Shown: positions 8,419-20,400, counted from the stretch's first letter. The stretch is DNA of 64,000 nucleotides from an uncultured Gemmatimonadales bacterium (GCA_963798915.1 CAWCVB010000010.1:32001-96000); one strand, 5' to 3'. Made by a program: numbers and translations. Notes: a model not told the origin generated them from the letters alone.

Positions 8419-9617
8419 TACTGGATCGCATTCATCATGTCGAAGATCGGCAGGTACATGGCGACCACCATGCCGCCGACGATCACGCCGAGTACCACGA
8501 TCATGACCGGTTCCATGAGCGACAGCAGCGCGCCCACTGCCACGTCCACTTCCTCATCGTAGAAGTCGGCGATCTTGGAGAGCATCTCATCGAGGCCGCC
8601 GGTCTGCTCGCCCACTGCAATCATCGAGATGACCATGGGCGGGAAGACCGCTGACTTCTCCAGCGGGGCGGCGATGGTATCGCCGCCGGCGATGCTCTGA
8701 CGGCTCTGCATCACCGCGTCATGAATGACGCGGTTGCCCGCGGTCTTGGCGGTGATTTCGAGGCCGTCGAGGATGCTGACGCCGGAACTGATCAAGGTGC
8801 CGAGCGTCCGGGTAAATCGGGACACGGCCGACTTCCGGAGCAGGTCGCCCAGTACCGGGGCCTTGAGCAGCAGCGTGTCAATGTGCTTCCGGCCGCCGCT
8901 GGAGGCGTAATAGCGCTTCACGGCAAAGATGGACAGGCCGATCGCCGCCAGCATGGCCCACCAGTAATGGATCAGCAGCTGCGACATCCCGATCACGATA
9001 CGGGTCGGCAGCGGCAGCTCCATGTTCACCGAAGCAAACATGCTCTGGAAGGTCGGAATGACGAAGATCAGCAGGACGGCCACGGCTCCCGCTGCCACGG
9101 TCAGGATCACGCCCGGATAGATCATGGCACTCTTGACCTTCCGGATCAGCGCATCGCTCTTCTCCAGGAACGTGGCGAGCCGCAGCAGGATCGTGTCCAG
9201 GATGCCGCCGGCCTCGCCGGCGGCGACCATGTTCACATACAGGTCGCTGAAGGCCTTGGGATGCTTGGCAAAGGCGTCGGCCAGGGTGTTGCCGCTCTCC
9301 ACGTCATACACCACCGCCTTGGTGACTTCCTTGAGCGCCTTGTTTTCCGTCTGCTGCGCCAGGATCGTGAGCGACTGCACCAGCGGCAGGCCCGCGTTGA
9401 TCATGGTGGCAAACTGTCGCGTGAAGATGACGATGTCGCGCGTCTTGGGCCGTGACCCGCCGCCCAGCTTGATGGACTTGGGCGCCTGGCGCACGCTCAC
9501 CAGCATCATGCGGTTCTTGCGCAGGTGCGCGTTCACGTCCTCGGGACTCTGGGCCTCGAGCTGGCCCTTCTGGATCTGTCCCGTGGTATTGCGCGCAGTG
9601 TACTCATAGAGCGGCAT
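8418..9617 (-). CDS. pilC: Type IV pilus platform protein PilC (T2SS F family)
   Basis: FTRQFATM..AG.PL, AGE.GG.L, SAMIYP and GEQTG.L motifs; start MPLYEY. Confidence 0.96.
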   Translation of the reverse strand: MPLYEYTARNTTGQIQKGQLEAQSPEDVNAHLRKNRMMLVSVRQAPKSIKLGGGSRPKTRDIVIFTRQFATMINAGLPLVQSLTILAQQTENKALKEVTKAVVYDVESGNTLADAFAKHPKAFSDLYVNMVAAGEAGGILDTILLRLATFLEKSDALIRKVKSAMIYPGVILTVAAGAVAVLLIFVIPTFQSMFASVNMELPLPTRIVIGMSQLLIHYWWAMLAAIGLSIFAVKRYYASSGGRKHIDTLLLKAPVLGDLLRKSAVSRFTRTLGTLISSGVSILDGLEITAKTAGNRVIHDAVMQSRQSIAGGDTIAAPLEKSAVFPPMVISMIAVGEQTGGLDEMLSKIADFYDEEVDVAVGALLSLMEPVMIVVLGVIVGGMVVAMYLPIFDMMNAIQ

Positions 9618-9693
9618 CGTGTCTCTCCTCGTGGCGACGGGCCGCGGCCCGTCCAGTATGCGCGGCCCGCGGGCCGCCCCTTCCTCTACCTGC

Positions 9694-10833
9694 CTACCGC
9701 CGTCCGCCCGCCACGGCGGCCATCCGGGCGCCCTTGTCGCCAAAGGCGCCGTCGGCCTCATCCAGCGGCTTCTCGCCGATGGCACGCAGGAACTCGTTCG
9801 GCTCGGGCGAGACGCGCAGGCACTCGTCCGATGTGACCTCGCGCGACATGTAGAGCTGGTACAGCGCGTCGTTCATCGTCTGCATGCCATGCTTCTTGCC
9901 GGCCTGCATGGCAGAGTAGATCTGGTGCACCTTGTCATCGCGAATCAGGGCGCGGATGGCCGGCGTGGCCACCATGATTTCCGCCGCCATGGCGCGGCCC
10001 CGGCCGCTCGCCTTCTGAAGCAGCGTCTGGGTCAGCACCCCTTCCAGCACAAACGCCAGCTGGGCTCGCACCTGCGGCTGCTGGCTGGACGGGAAGACGT
10101 CGATGATGCGGTTGATGGACTCGGCCGCGGAATTGGTATGGAGCGTTGCCAGGGCCAGGTGGCCGGTCTCAGCGATGGTCAGCGCCGCCGAGATCGTCTC
10201 CAGGTCCCGCATTTCGCCCACCAGGATCACGTCCGGGTCCTCGCGCAGCGCGTACTTGAGCGCGCTGCCAAAGCTCTTGGTGTCGGTTCCCACCTCGCGC
10301 TGGTTGACGATGCACGACTGGTGGCGGTGGATGAATTCGATCGGGTCTTCCACCGTGATGATATGGCCCTTGCGTTCCTTGTTGATCTTGTCGATCACGG
10401 CGGCAAGCGTCGTGCTCTTGCCCGACCCGGTTGGCCCGGTCACCAGGATCAGCCCGCGTGGCTTTTCGGCCAGCTTGGCAACCACCGGCGGCAGGCCGAG
10501 GTCCTGGAAGGTCCGCACGTTGAAGGGAATCATCCGGATGACCACCGCCACGCAGCCACGCTGCTTGAAGACATTGCCGCGGAAGCGCGCCAGGTTCTGG
10601 ATGCCGAAGCTGAAGTCCAGCTCGTCCTCGGTCTCGAACCGTTTCTTCTGGTTCTCCGTCAGTACGGAGTAGGCAAGCTGCAGCGTATCCTTCGGTGTCA
10701 GGATGTCTGGCACCGACGAATCCGTGATATCACCGTCGATGCGGAGCTTGGGTCGCTCGCCCGCGGTAATGTGCAGATCCGAGGCCTCGCGCTCGATCAT
10801 TTCTTCGAGGAGCGCACGAAGGTTGAAACTCAT
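9694..10833 (-). CDS. pilT: Type IV pilus retraction ATPase PilT
   Basis: ASDLH, GPTGSGKSTT, TVEDPIE, REDPDVIL.GEMRD, AETGHL, AIRALIRD and GMQT. Confidence 0.97.
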   Translation of the reverse strand: MSFNLRALLEEMIEREASDLHITAGERPKLRIDGDITDSSVPDILTPKDTLQLAYSVLTENQKKRFETEDELDFSFGIQNLARFRGNVFKQRGCVAVVIRMIPFNVRTFQDLGLPPVVAKLAEKPRGLILVTGPTGSGKSTTLAAVIDKINKERKGHIITVEDPIEFIHRHQSCIVNQREVGTDTKSFGSALKYALREDPDVILVGEMRDLETISAALTIAETGHLALATLHTNSAAESINRIIDVFPSSQQPQVRAQLAFVLEGVLTQTLLQKASGRGRAMAAEIMVATPAIRALIRDDKVHQIYSAMQAGKKHGMQTMNDALYQLYMSREVTSDECLRVSPEPNEFLRAIGEKPLDEADGAFGDKGARMAAVAGGRR

Positions 10834-12545
10834 GCCGCCGTCTCCTTCACAACTTCCTCAAGGGTGGTCACGCCCCGCTCGATTTTCTTGATGCCGTCCA
10901 TCCGCAGCGTCAGCATCCCTTCCCTGACCGCGGTATCCCGCAAATCGGCCACCGAATCGCCCCGGAGAATGGAGCGCCGCAACTCGGGTGTCAGCGCCAT
11001 CACTTCATAGAGGCCAGCCCGGCCCTTGTAGCCCAGGCCGCCGCACGTGTCGCAGCCCTTGCCCCGCCGGAACTCGATGTGCCCGATGGCGTCGAGATCA
11101 TCCGACAGCGACTTGAGCTCTTCCTGCCGATAGGTCACCGTCTCCGCGCAGCCCTTGCACACCCGGCGCACCAGCCGCTGGGCGACCACCAGGTTGACCG
11201 CGCTCGCGACGTTGAATGCCTCGACGCCCATGTCGATCATGCGGGTGATCGTGCTGGGCGCGTCGTTGGTATGCAGCGTCGAGAGCACCAGATGGCCCGT
11301 GAGCGCCGCCTTGATCGCGATTCCACCCGTCTCGAGGTCGCGGATTTCGCCGATCATGATGATGTTCGGGTCCTGCCGCAGGAACGCCTTGAGCGCGGCG
11401 GCAAAGGTCAACCCGATCTCATTCCGCACCAGGACCTGGTTGATCCCGTGGAGATTGTACTCCACCGGGTCTTCCGCGGTCATGATGTTCACTTCCTCCG
11501 TGTTGATGCGCTGAAGGCAACTGTACAGCGTCGTCGTCTTGCCCGAGCCAGTCGGCCCGGTGACCAGCACCATGCCGTACGGATTCAGGATGGCCTTCAT
11601 CAGATTCGCCTCGGCCTGGGGCTCGAACCCGAACTTCTGGAGGTCCAGTGTCAGGTTGCCCTTGTCGAGGATACGGAGCACGATCTTTTCGCCGAACAGC
11701 ACCGGCAACGTCGAGACACGGAAATCGATCACTCGCGTGCCCATCTTGAGCTTGAGCCGGCCGTCCTGTGGCACCCGCCGCTCGGCGATGTTGAGGTGCG
11801 ACAGGATCTTCACCCGGCTCGTCAGCGCCGCCTTCATCTTGAATGGCGGCTTCATGATTTCCTGCAGGGCGCCGTCAATGCGATAGCGGACCCGGATCTC
11901 GTGCTCAAAGGGCTCGATGTGGATGTCGCTCGCGCCGCGCTGGACCGCATTCTTGAGGATGCCCTCGACCAGCTTGACCACCGGCGCGTCGTCAATCTGG
12001 GCCTGGGTGGCGGCTTCCTCTTCTTCTTCGTCCACGACCTCGACGTCGCCATCCTCCTGCTCCAGCTCCTTGAGGATGTCGGCAAACTGCTGGTCCGCCG
12101 GGCTGCCGTAGTGCTTCTCGATCAAAGCCCGAAGCGTGAACTCGCCGGCCAGCACCGGGAACAGGTCGTACCGGGTGATGAACTTCAGGTCCTCGAGCAG
12201 GCCGATGTCGGTCGGGTCGGCCAGGGCCACGGTCAGCGTGCGCCCCTCCCGTTTCAGCGGAACGACGATGTGCTTCTGCGCCACGTCCGGCGGGATCAAC
12301 TTCAGGATCCGCGCATCCACCTCGAAGCGCTGCAAGTCCACGGCGGGCATCCGATACTGCCGGGCCAGCAGCTTGGTGACCTCGATTTCCGACGCCAGGC
12401 CCAGCTTGACCACCGCGTACGGGAGGCGGCATTTCGACGAGCGCTGCTCGACCTGGGCCTGGACCAGCTGCTCACGGGTGAGCAACCCCTCCTGGACCAG
12501 AATCTGGGCAAGCCTGTCACCGTGCTGCGCCGCCGCAGTTGCCAT
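10830..12545 (-). CDS. pilB: Type IV pilus assembly ATPase PilB
   Basis: MshEN-like N-terminus, ASDIHIEP, GPTGSGKTTT, RQDPNIIMIGEIRD and tetracysteine motif. Confidence 0.97.
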   Translation of the reverse strand: MATAAAQHGDRLAQILVQEGLLTREQLVQAQVEQRSSKCRLPYAVVKLGLASEIEVTKLLARQYRMPAVDLQRFEVDARILKLIPPDVAQKHIVVPLKREGRTLTVALADPTDIGLLEDLKFITRYDLFPVLAGEFTLRALIEKHYGSPADQQFADILKELEQEDGDVEVVDEEEEEAATQAQIDDAPVVKLVEGILKNAVQRGASDIHIEPFEHEIRVRYRIDGALQEIMKPPFKMKAALTSRVKILSHLNIAERRVPQDGRLKLKMGTRVIDFRVSTLPVLFGEKIVLRILDKGNLTLDLQKFGFEPQAEANLMKAILNPYGMVLVTGPTGSGKTTTLYSCLQRINTEEVNIMTAEDPVEYNLHGINQVLVRNEIGLTFAAALKAFLRQDPNIIMIGEIRDLETGGIAIKAALTGHLVLSTLHTNDAPSTITRMIDMGVEAFNVASAVNLVVAQRLVRRVCKGCAETVTYRQEELKSLSDDLDAIGHIEFRRGKGCDTCGGLGYKGRAGLYEVMALTPELRRSILRGDSVADLRDTAVREGMLTLRMDGIKKIERGVTTLEEVVKETAA

Positions 12546-12632
12546 CGTGTTCCGTCGTTCCGGGACAAAGTGATTACGAGAGGACCGCATGGATAGCCAA
12601 CCGTGGGCCACGCGCCACAGCCGCGGCCGGCA

Positions 12633-13262
12633 TCACCGTATGTCCAACATGTGGCGCAACTTGGCCACGGTTGCAGGGCCAATGCCCGGAACGTTCGTCA
12701 GGGCCTCGATGCTCGCAAACGGCCCATGCGACTCGCGATACGCCACAATTGCAGTCGCCCGGCCAGGTCCGAGTCCCGGCAATTTCGCTAACTCGTTTGC
12801 GGACACAGCGTTCACATTAAGTGACCGAATCTGGGACGTTGCAGGCCCAGGTACAACTTTTGGCGCGGGTATGCCCGAAAACCGGACATGCCCGGACAGA
12901 CGGTCGAGCAGCGAGGGTCCGACGCCCGGCACCTGGTCCAGGCGCTCGATGCCGCCAAAGGCACCGTGAGCCTCGCGATACTCGACCAGCCGCCGGGCGA
13001 GGCCCGGGCCAATCCCGGGGAGGCGAGCCAGCTGGGCAGCCGGCGCACGATCCAGATCGATCAACTCGCCCTCGCGGAGCGGGGCGGCGGCCGCTCGAGC
13101 GCTGTCACGGTGTGCGAGCGCCGCGGCCGAGTCCCCACCGGGCCCACCCAGGAGCACGATGCTGCCCGGAGCGTCGCCAGGATCGAGGATCAAGGTGCGC
13201 ACCGCCTGCCCCGCCACCGCCAGCCCGACGAGCAGGAGCACGGAACGGTATTCAGGGGCCAT
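12633..13262 (-). CDS. comEA: ComEA family DNA-binding protein (two helix-hairpin-helix modules)
   Basis: N-terminal TM plus two repeats of 'N.A....L..LPG.GP..A..IV.YRE.HG.F...E.L..VPG.GP'. Confidence 0.9.
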   Translation of the reverse strand: MAPEYRSVLLLVGLAVAGQAVRTLILDPGDAPGSIVLLGGPGGDSAAALAHRDSARAAAAPLREGELIDLDRAPAAQLARLPGIGPGLARRLVEYREAHGAFGGIERLDQVPGVGPSLLDRLSGHVRFSGIPAPKVVPGPATSQIRSLNVNAVSANELAKLPGLGPGRATAIVAYRESHGPFASIEALTNVPGIGPATVAKLRHMLDIR

Positions 13263-13339
13263 GACGGCAATGTCGGGCAGGAAGGAGCGGAGGGTGGGAT
13301 CGGGAAAACGCGGGGAGGGGCGAAACAGGCCGGGCGTCT

Positions 13340-13434
13340 GTAGGGGCGGCCTGCGGCCGCCCATTGACATCCCGATGCCAGTCGAGCGGCGTGGGGACCG
13401 CGATGTAAGGGGGGCGGCCGCAGGCCGCCCCTAC
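13340..13434. repeat. REPIN: two inverted identical 23-bp GTAG-REPs
   Basis: GTAGGGGCGGCCTGCGGCCGCCC (13340-13362) and its exact reverse complement (13412-13434). Confidence 0.85.
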
Positions 13435-13505
13435 AATGACCTGTTGAGATCCCGACGCCTGCCGTCTCCACGGCCCATCCGTCCGTCTGTCCGCCTGTCC
13501 ATGTC

Positions 13506-14435
13506 TTATTCCTCTCGCGCCACCAGCGCCAGCGCCAGCCGCCCCACAATGCCGAGGCTTTGCGCGCTGATCTTGTCCATGGTATCGCGCGGGGTATGCC
13601 AGTAGGGATAATCAAAGTCCACCACGTCAATGGCGCGGATGCCGGCCTGCTGCAACTCGACGTGATCGTCGGTGAGCGTTACGTTCTCATAAGGCACGAA
13701 CACCGCGCCATACCCGAGCTTGTGCGCCGTGTCCCAGACGAGGTCCACGACCTCGCCCGCTCCGATCATCGAGTTGCCCTCCTGCGAAATGCGCAGGTCC
13801 TTGTCGCCCACCATGTCGAACAGCACCGCGTACAGTGGCTTGGGACCGAGCTGGTGCTGGCCGTAGTAGCGGCTGCCAATGAGCACGTCGCCCCGTTCGG
13901 TGAAGAAGTCGCCGTAGTCTTCGCCATCCGCAAAGAGCAGGTCGACGCCAACACCGGGAGCGGCGGCCTTGAGCGCATCGGCCACGCCCAGCAGCACGGC
14001 CACGCCGGAGGCGCCGTCATTGGCGCCGGGCACCGGCTGGGCGCTGTCACCCGGTTGCGCATGGGTGCCATCCGAATAGGGACGCGTATCCCAATGCGCC
14101 ATGAACAGGAGCCGCTTGGTGGCGCCGGGATTGAAGCGGGCCACGAAGTTGGTCAGCGCCAGCGAGTCCCCACGCACATCCACATGAGTCCAGCGCTGGT
14201 CAACGACGGTGTCGGCGCGGGCCCGCAGGAGGCTGTCGAGCCAGCGCGCTTCAGCGGCGTGACCTGGCCTGCCCGGAATGCGCGGCCCGAAGGCGACCTG
14301 CGCGGCCGCGTACTGGAGCGCAGCATCCGCGTCGAAGGCGCGCGGCTCGGCCAGCGGCTCCTCGCCGCAGGCCGCCACACTGGCGAGAGCGAGCACGAAC
14401 AGCAAGGCGACGCGGCACGTTCGCGGAACGATCAT
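13506..14435 (-). CDS. M28 family lipoprotein, probable glutaminyl-peptide cyclotransferase
   Basis: Lipobox VAAC; FGPR.PG..GH, AHWDTRP, GANDGASGV, DGEDYG, FDMVG, DDH and WHT..D motifs of M28 / animal-type QC enzymes. Confidence 0.85.
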   Translation of the reverse strand: MIVPRTCRVALLFVLALASVAACGEEPLAEPRAFDADAALQYAAAQVAFGPRIPGRPGHAAEARWLDSLLRARADTVVDQRWTHVDVRGDSLALTNFVARFNPGATKRLLFMAHWDTRPYSDGTHAQPGDSAQPVPGANDGASGVAVLLGVADALKAAAPGVGVDLLFADGEDYGDFFTERGDVLIGSRYYGQHQLGPKPLYAVLFDMVGDKDLRISQEGNSMIGAGEVVDLVWDTAHKLGYGAVFVPYENVTLTDDHVELQQAGIRAIDVVDFDYPYWHTPRDTMDKISAQSLGIVGRLALALVAREE

Positions 14436-17400
14436 CGCAGGTCCCCGGCAAAAAGACTGAGCCGGAAGCTGACGGTCATGTAGAGCGTCGATATCCGGCG
14501 ATTGAGGTGCTCGGCTTCGTTCACAAGATAGCCGAAGTCCAGCGCGCCCTCGAGCAGGTTGGCGAGGTCGGTCCGGAACGTGGCGCTGAATTCCTGGGTG
14601 CGCGTGTCACTGACCGGCACGCACTCGATCTGGCTCTGGGCCTGCAGGCAGGTTGTGCTGTGATCGGTCCGCGCGGTGACGGTGGAACTGATCCGCTTGC
14701 GTGAGCTGCTGATGCTCTGTGGCAGACGGAAGTTGTAGGACAGGGTCGTCAGCAGGTTGTTCTGGTCGAGCAGTGTCGAGGAGCCATTTCGATCGTTGCG
14801 CTGGCTCAGATCCGACATGGTGGCGGTCAGGGCCATGCCATTCCGGAAACCAACCTGCAGGTCAGGCGATAGCGTACTGGACCGGATGGCGCTGCTCGCC
14901 GCGATCACGTCAGACGAGGGTTGGGAACTGATGCCGCTGCGCTTACGGAACGTGGCACCCATGGCCATCAGCGTCACCGGGCCGCTGCTGAAGGTCTGTG
15001 ACCAGCGCAGCGAACCGGACGGCCATTCAGTCTGATTGGAGATGAGCGGCTGCAACTTACCGTTGATCCGCTGATAGCGGGTGGCGTCGGTCTGGCCGTA
15101 GCTCAGCGAGAGCGAGAGGCCAAAGGGCAGGTCGGCGCTGCTCGTCAGCGTCCGGATCCTCACGTCGCTGGCCCCGATCGCCTGCTTGCCGTACTGTGTG
15201 AGAAAATCGTTCAGCCCACCCAGCGCGAACTGGTAGGTCAGGCTGGGGTCAAACGCAGCAAGGTCAAAGCTCGAGGACAGCATATGCCGGGAACTGACGT
15301 CGACCGGTCGAATGTGGGAAAGCCCACGGCTCACGGCGCTCGAGTCGCCGGCCAGCAGCCGGACGAGGCGCGACAGGTCGAAGAGGCGCCCAGCTCGTCG
15401 CTGCGGCTGTTGTTCAGCGTTTTGGGAAGCACGAACATGCCCACGCTGTCGCCGCCCACCTGGATGGGCGGCCGGCTGGTGAGGTAGCGCGAAAGCGTAA
15501 AGCCACCCCGATGCACCAGCCGGGGACGGAACCAGCTCGACACCACCGGTGTCAGCGTCATCGACGTGCTGAGCTGCCGGTCCCGCTCCACGCCGGCATC
15601 GATGCCCAGAAAGCTTCGCCGCGAGAGCGACGCCAGCCGACCAATTTCGGTGGAGTCGGAATAGTGCCGCAGGTCCCGCGTGCTGCTGAGGTCACCGCTC
15701 AGGGTGAGCATCCCCAGCGGCTGCCAGCTCACGCCGGCATTGTTGCGCCAGACCTGGTTCAGTGACCCGGTCGGGTGGACCGCCGTATCCTGTGCAGTGA
15801 AGATTGGAACCTGGTACGCCGTCAGCGTGTTCGCGTCGCGCGCCAGACCGGACGAGAGCCGGATGCTGGTAGGTGCCAGGCCGAATCGTGCCTTGGCCAG
15901 CGCCTTGCCCATCTCGCTCTTGCGCAGAAAGCCGGGCAGCAGCCCCTCGAAGGTCGACGGTTGGCCCGCTGCGCCCAAGCGGCAGGTTGTAGGTCACGGC
16001 AAAATTGTTGTTGCTGCTCTGCGCGCGGCTCAGCTCGGTCAGCGCCAGGCCGCGGGCGAAGGCGGCCCGTCACTGACACCGGATCGATCAGGCCCTGGGT
16101 CAGCCAGTCCTTGCCCCGCACCGAGCGTCGGAGCGAAAAACTGTATGCGGTCGACCACGACCGCGGTCGGCGAAGGCCCTCGAGCGAGCCGCCGCGAATA
16201 TCGGTGCCGCTGATCAGCTGGGGATCGACGGCCTGCCGGGACAACGAGATGCTCACCGGAATGGCGATGCCCAATGACGCCGGCAGGAAACGATCCAGCC
16301 GCATGCTGCTCGACAGCCGCACCGTGTTGGTAGTGCGGAAACTCGGCGACTGTCCGATCTGGCGGAACTGGCCATCCTGGCCAATCAGCGAAACCGAAAT
16401 ATCGCCCACGTCGGATGCGGAAAGCCGCGCGTCCAGTGCATAGGCCTTGCCAAGTTGCGAAACCGGGTCCGTGACCCTGATATCATCGATCCAGACCTCG
16501 GCCTCAGGAAGGGGGCCATGATCCGCTACCCGGTACACGCCGGCCGACAACTCCTGGATCGCGGCAAGGTTGGGCGGGTTGATGCCGGGACTGCCGACCT
16601 GCACCATGTACCCACCGTCGCAGGCAACGTACGCGTTTGGGTCGCCGCCGCACTCGGCCGAGCCCGAGGGTGCTTCGCCGCGGAGCCAGCGCGCCTCGAT
16701 CTCGGCTCGCAGCGTCCGCCAAACCTCGAGATCGATGATCATCTCCGGCTCCCAGGAGGTCGTGCTGGCCGGCGCGCGGTACAGATAGAAGTTCCGGTCG
16801 TCACTCCCGAGCTTGATGAATGCCTCCAGGTCCCCGCGTTCCCACCCCGGACCATGTCCCCTGGCCCAGACGCGAAGTTGGCTGTAATTGAGCAGGCTCT
16901 GCGGCCCCGCACCAAAGCGAAGATACGTTTCGGCGCGCTCGTTCACCTCCAGGTCGGTGGCGAGGATGCGCAGCGACTTCTCGTTGATCTGCTGGGTCAG
17001 CTGGCCGGAGCCGGCATTTTTGTCATTGAGCGAGTTGATGGCGCCGGGCGGTGGCGTGTAGCCAAGTTCGACGTTTTCGGTGGAGACGGTCGCGGCCGCC
17101 ACCGAGCCATGCGGCTGGCCGGTTGAACCGCTCAGTCCGGCGATCGGAGTCTCGGCGCGCCGATTCCACGGGGCCCCCACAAACCGCATGCGCGCCAGCC
17201 CGAGCCGCCCAACGATATCGGGCCCGCCGTCGTCCGGCGGCGCGACGAAGGTAAGGCGCAGTTGCTGGATGAGCCGGATATTGGGCGAGCCGAGCTGTGC
17301 CGCGTTGGAGCCTCGCAGCGGGATCCGGTACAGTGTCCAGCCGGCCAGTCCCGCGCCATCGAAACTCTTCTGGCCCCGGCCCTTGACGATGTACGTGCTG

Positions 17401-20400
17401 TCGCGAAGGTCCACCACAAAGCGGAACACGTTGTCGTTGCCGCCGCTGGCGTTGAGAAGGTTGTCGCCGTTGAGATCCTCGGTATCGAGATGGCCGTTGC
17501 CGCTGGTGCACCGTGCCCCCAGGTCGCCCCACGGAAACACCGCCACGACGGATTGCAGCTCCCGGTGACAGAGCTCGAGGTCGTGCACGTAGCCGCTGCC
17601 CGTCTTGATGGAGTCGGGCCGGTCACCCAGGATACCGATATCATCGGTGGCAGCGTTGAAGATGCCATCGGCGCCCCGTTCGGTGTTGAGCTGGCCCGTG
17701 CCGACCAGCTGCCGGCCAAAGTAGGTCGTATCGGTGCCATTCACCGCCAGACTGTCGGGGGCAAGGCCAATGGCGTCCTCGTTCACGCTTCCCACGTCAA
17801 TCACCATCTGCATGCCGGCCGAATCGGCGCTATGGATCCCCGATTGGTAGACGTAGAACTCGAGATACTCCGAGCGCGACAAGTCCACGCCGGTGGTGCT
17901 GAGGGAGGACACGATGGAGCGCCAGCGCGGCCGCATCGGACGCGGTTCCATGGTCCAGTGCGCTGTGTTGTCGCGCTGCACGATGCCGCCGGCCGTGTCG
18001 GCATGGAGCGTGAGCCACAGCAGCGTCTCGAACTGGTCGCCCCGTCCTGCCAGCACGACGGTCGAATCGATGTCCTGGGGCCGGTACTGCGTCGCGTGCC
18101 CGCTGCCGTCGATGACCAGGTTCTGCCAGGTGAGCTGCACGGCGTCGGCCGGGTCGAAGCCTGCGGCAAAGCCGAGCGCCGGATCCAGTCCGTCGGGGCG
18201 CTGAGGCGCGCTACCGAAGCCCCACACCTGTTCCGTCGAGCGAGACGGGTGTGCCGAGTTCCCGCTCGAATTCCTCAAGGTAGGCAGCCCCGGAGCGGTT
18301 GGGATCAGGCTTGGAAACGGCGACTTCAGCGTTCAGGTCCAGCCGGGAGGGTGCGGACGACGGGGAGCTTACGAGGCCGTTCATCATGCGGGTCAGCCCG
18401 TCCGAGCGAAAATGCAGATCCGCGGTCGCGCCCGCGACCAGGTTGGCCTTGGCCTCGAACCCGAGCTGCGGCCGGTTGAAGGCGCTGGCTTCACGCTGGA
18501 AGACACCGATAAGGTTGACCGAGCCCACCTCGCCAAGGGAATAGCGTGAACTGAGCCCGATGATCGAGGTCGGCGCGACCGCAAACAGGTCCTGCTGCTC
18601 GAATCGCGCCTGGACCGTGGCCGTGCCCGAGCCGAAAAGCGCATCCGGATCGTTAAACGTCACCACACCGGTGCTGTAATCGATCGCATAGTCGACGCCG
18701 CGAACCAGCAGGCGGCTGTTCACCTCGATCTGCTCCGACCCGTCCTTCAACTGCAGTGCGTTCAGGTTGAGCTGCGACCGGTCTCCCCCCGACGCGGCGC
18801 TGTACTGCAGCCGGAACTGGAAGCGCGAGGGCGGGCCCTGCGGGGACAAGATCAGGTATGCCGGCGTCTGGTAGAGCGAGTCACTGATCTCGCTGGGTGA
18901 CAGGTTGGCTGGGTCCGCGAACGGCCGGACGTTCGGAAACACGATGTACGATTCGCGCAGGACGCCACTGGTACTGATCGAGTCGCGGTCTCGCGGGAAG
19001 AGCCGGTTGGTGACGTCGAAGGACGCGGGGTCGGAGGGAACCGCGAGGCCGAGCTGGGCCAGGTACGTGGCGGCTCCGCCCTGCGGGACGCTCGGACTGG
19101 TTCAGCGTGATCGCCACCTTCAGGCTGCTCCGCTCGAGGTCGCTCCCCGCCACGCGGTAGATCTGCCGCATCTCATGCCGGAAGGTGCCGGCATCCGGAC
19201 CGCGGCGCGGCTCGACAATAAGCTCGAGTGAATCAACCACCGCCGGCTGGTCGACCGCAGGGAAGGTCCCTACCCGCCCTCCGTCGGCCGTCGTATAGCT
19301 GACGGCCAGATAATCTGCCGGATCCAGTTTCGATGCCAGAACGAACCAGAGGCCCGAAGGATCGAGGTAATAGTCGCGGCCCTGGAGCAGCAATTCCCAC
19401 TGCGCACCTTCGTCCGGTGCAACCTGGCCAAGCCGCTGGGTGGGATCGGCCGTATTGGACGCGAAGGCCTTCACGCCCCCAAGAATGGGCGTGGCATTGT
19501 TCCCGGCTGCTGCCGGCCGGTAACGATAGACGCGCACCTGCGCCGGCCGGGTGGTCGGCGGCAGGCCGGTCTCGTCGAGGCTGAGGATGTCGACGGCGGG
19601 ATACCCTGCGATGATCGTGGGATCCACGACCCAGTAGAACCGGCCCGACTCGAAATCCAGGTCCCGCATGAGCCGATCCTGCGGCGTCGATGTCGCGCCC
19701 GTCCCGACCTGGAAGGTACGTTCGTTGACCGAACTGCCCTTCTGGGTGGCAAACAAGGCCTGGAACTGGAGAGGCCCCACTTCAAACAGACCATTGATGC
19801 CGAAGTTGCTGCGAGGAACGGCGGCAGTCAGGAATCGCGACGGGGGTGGCTGGAAGGTCACCGTTCCGACTTCCACGCGTCGCACGATTTCGTCACTCAA
19901 TCCCTGGTAGTAGACCTGGATATTGTTGTTGGCGTCGAAATCGCGCGCCGACTGGTAGTCCACATTGACGTGCACCCGTCGTCCGATGAGCCCGGACGAA
20001 CGGACATCGATGTTGTTCTCGAGTTGCGGCGCCTTGATACTGCCGCCGCAGTTGGAAGCCGGACTGTTCAGCTCCGCCGGCGTGCACCGCTGGTTCTTGA
20101 CCCGTTCCGTCCGGATGTCGAGTGTCGCCTGCCCATCGATCGCCAGATCAGCGTATTTTTCATCCAACCCCAGGATGCCGCGGCGCTGCGCCGCCGTCCG
20201 GATCGTATCGGCCTGGTCGCGCCCGTAGATGGTCCGGGCCCGCCGCGCCAGCGCTCTCGCGGTCCGGGCCGAGTCGAGTGCCTGACTGACGGCGCTATCG
20301 AAGGCCACCAGGCCGCTCCTGCCCGCCCAGCCAGGGCGCCCGAAGCACCGATGGCTCGCGCAGCTCAGGGATGGGCACATTGAAGCGGGCGGGCGGGAGC

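Noticed and set aside
9619..12596. Long antisense ORFs over pilT/pilB (likewise over kup, acs, fabF and the TBDRs)
   Set aside because: These are typical shadow ORFs of high-GC coding strands, with no motifs or RBS.
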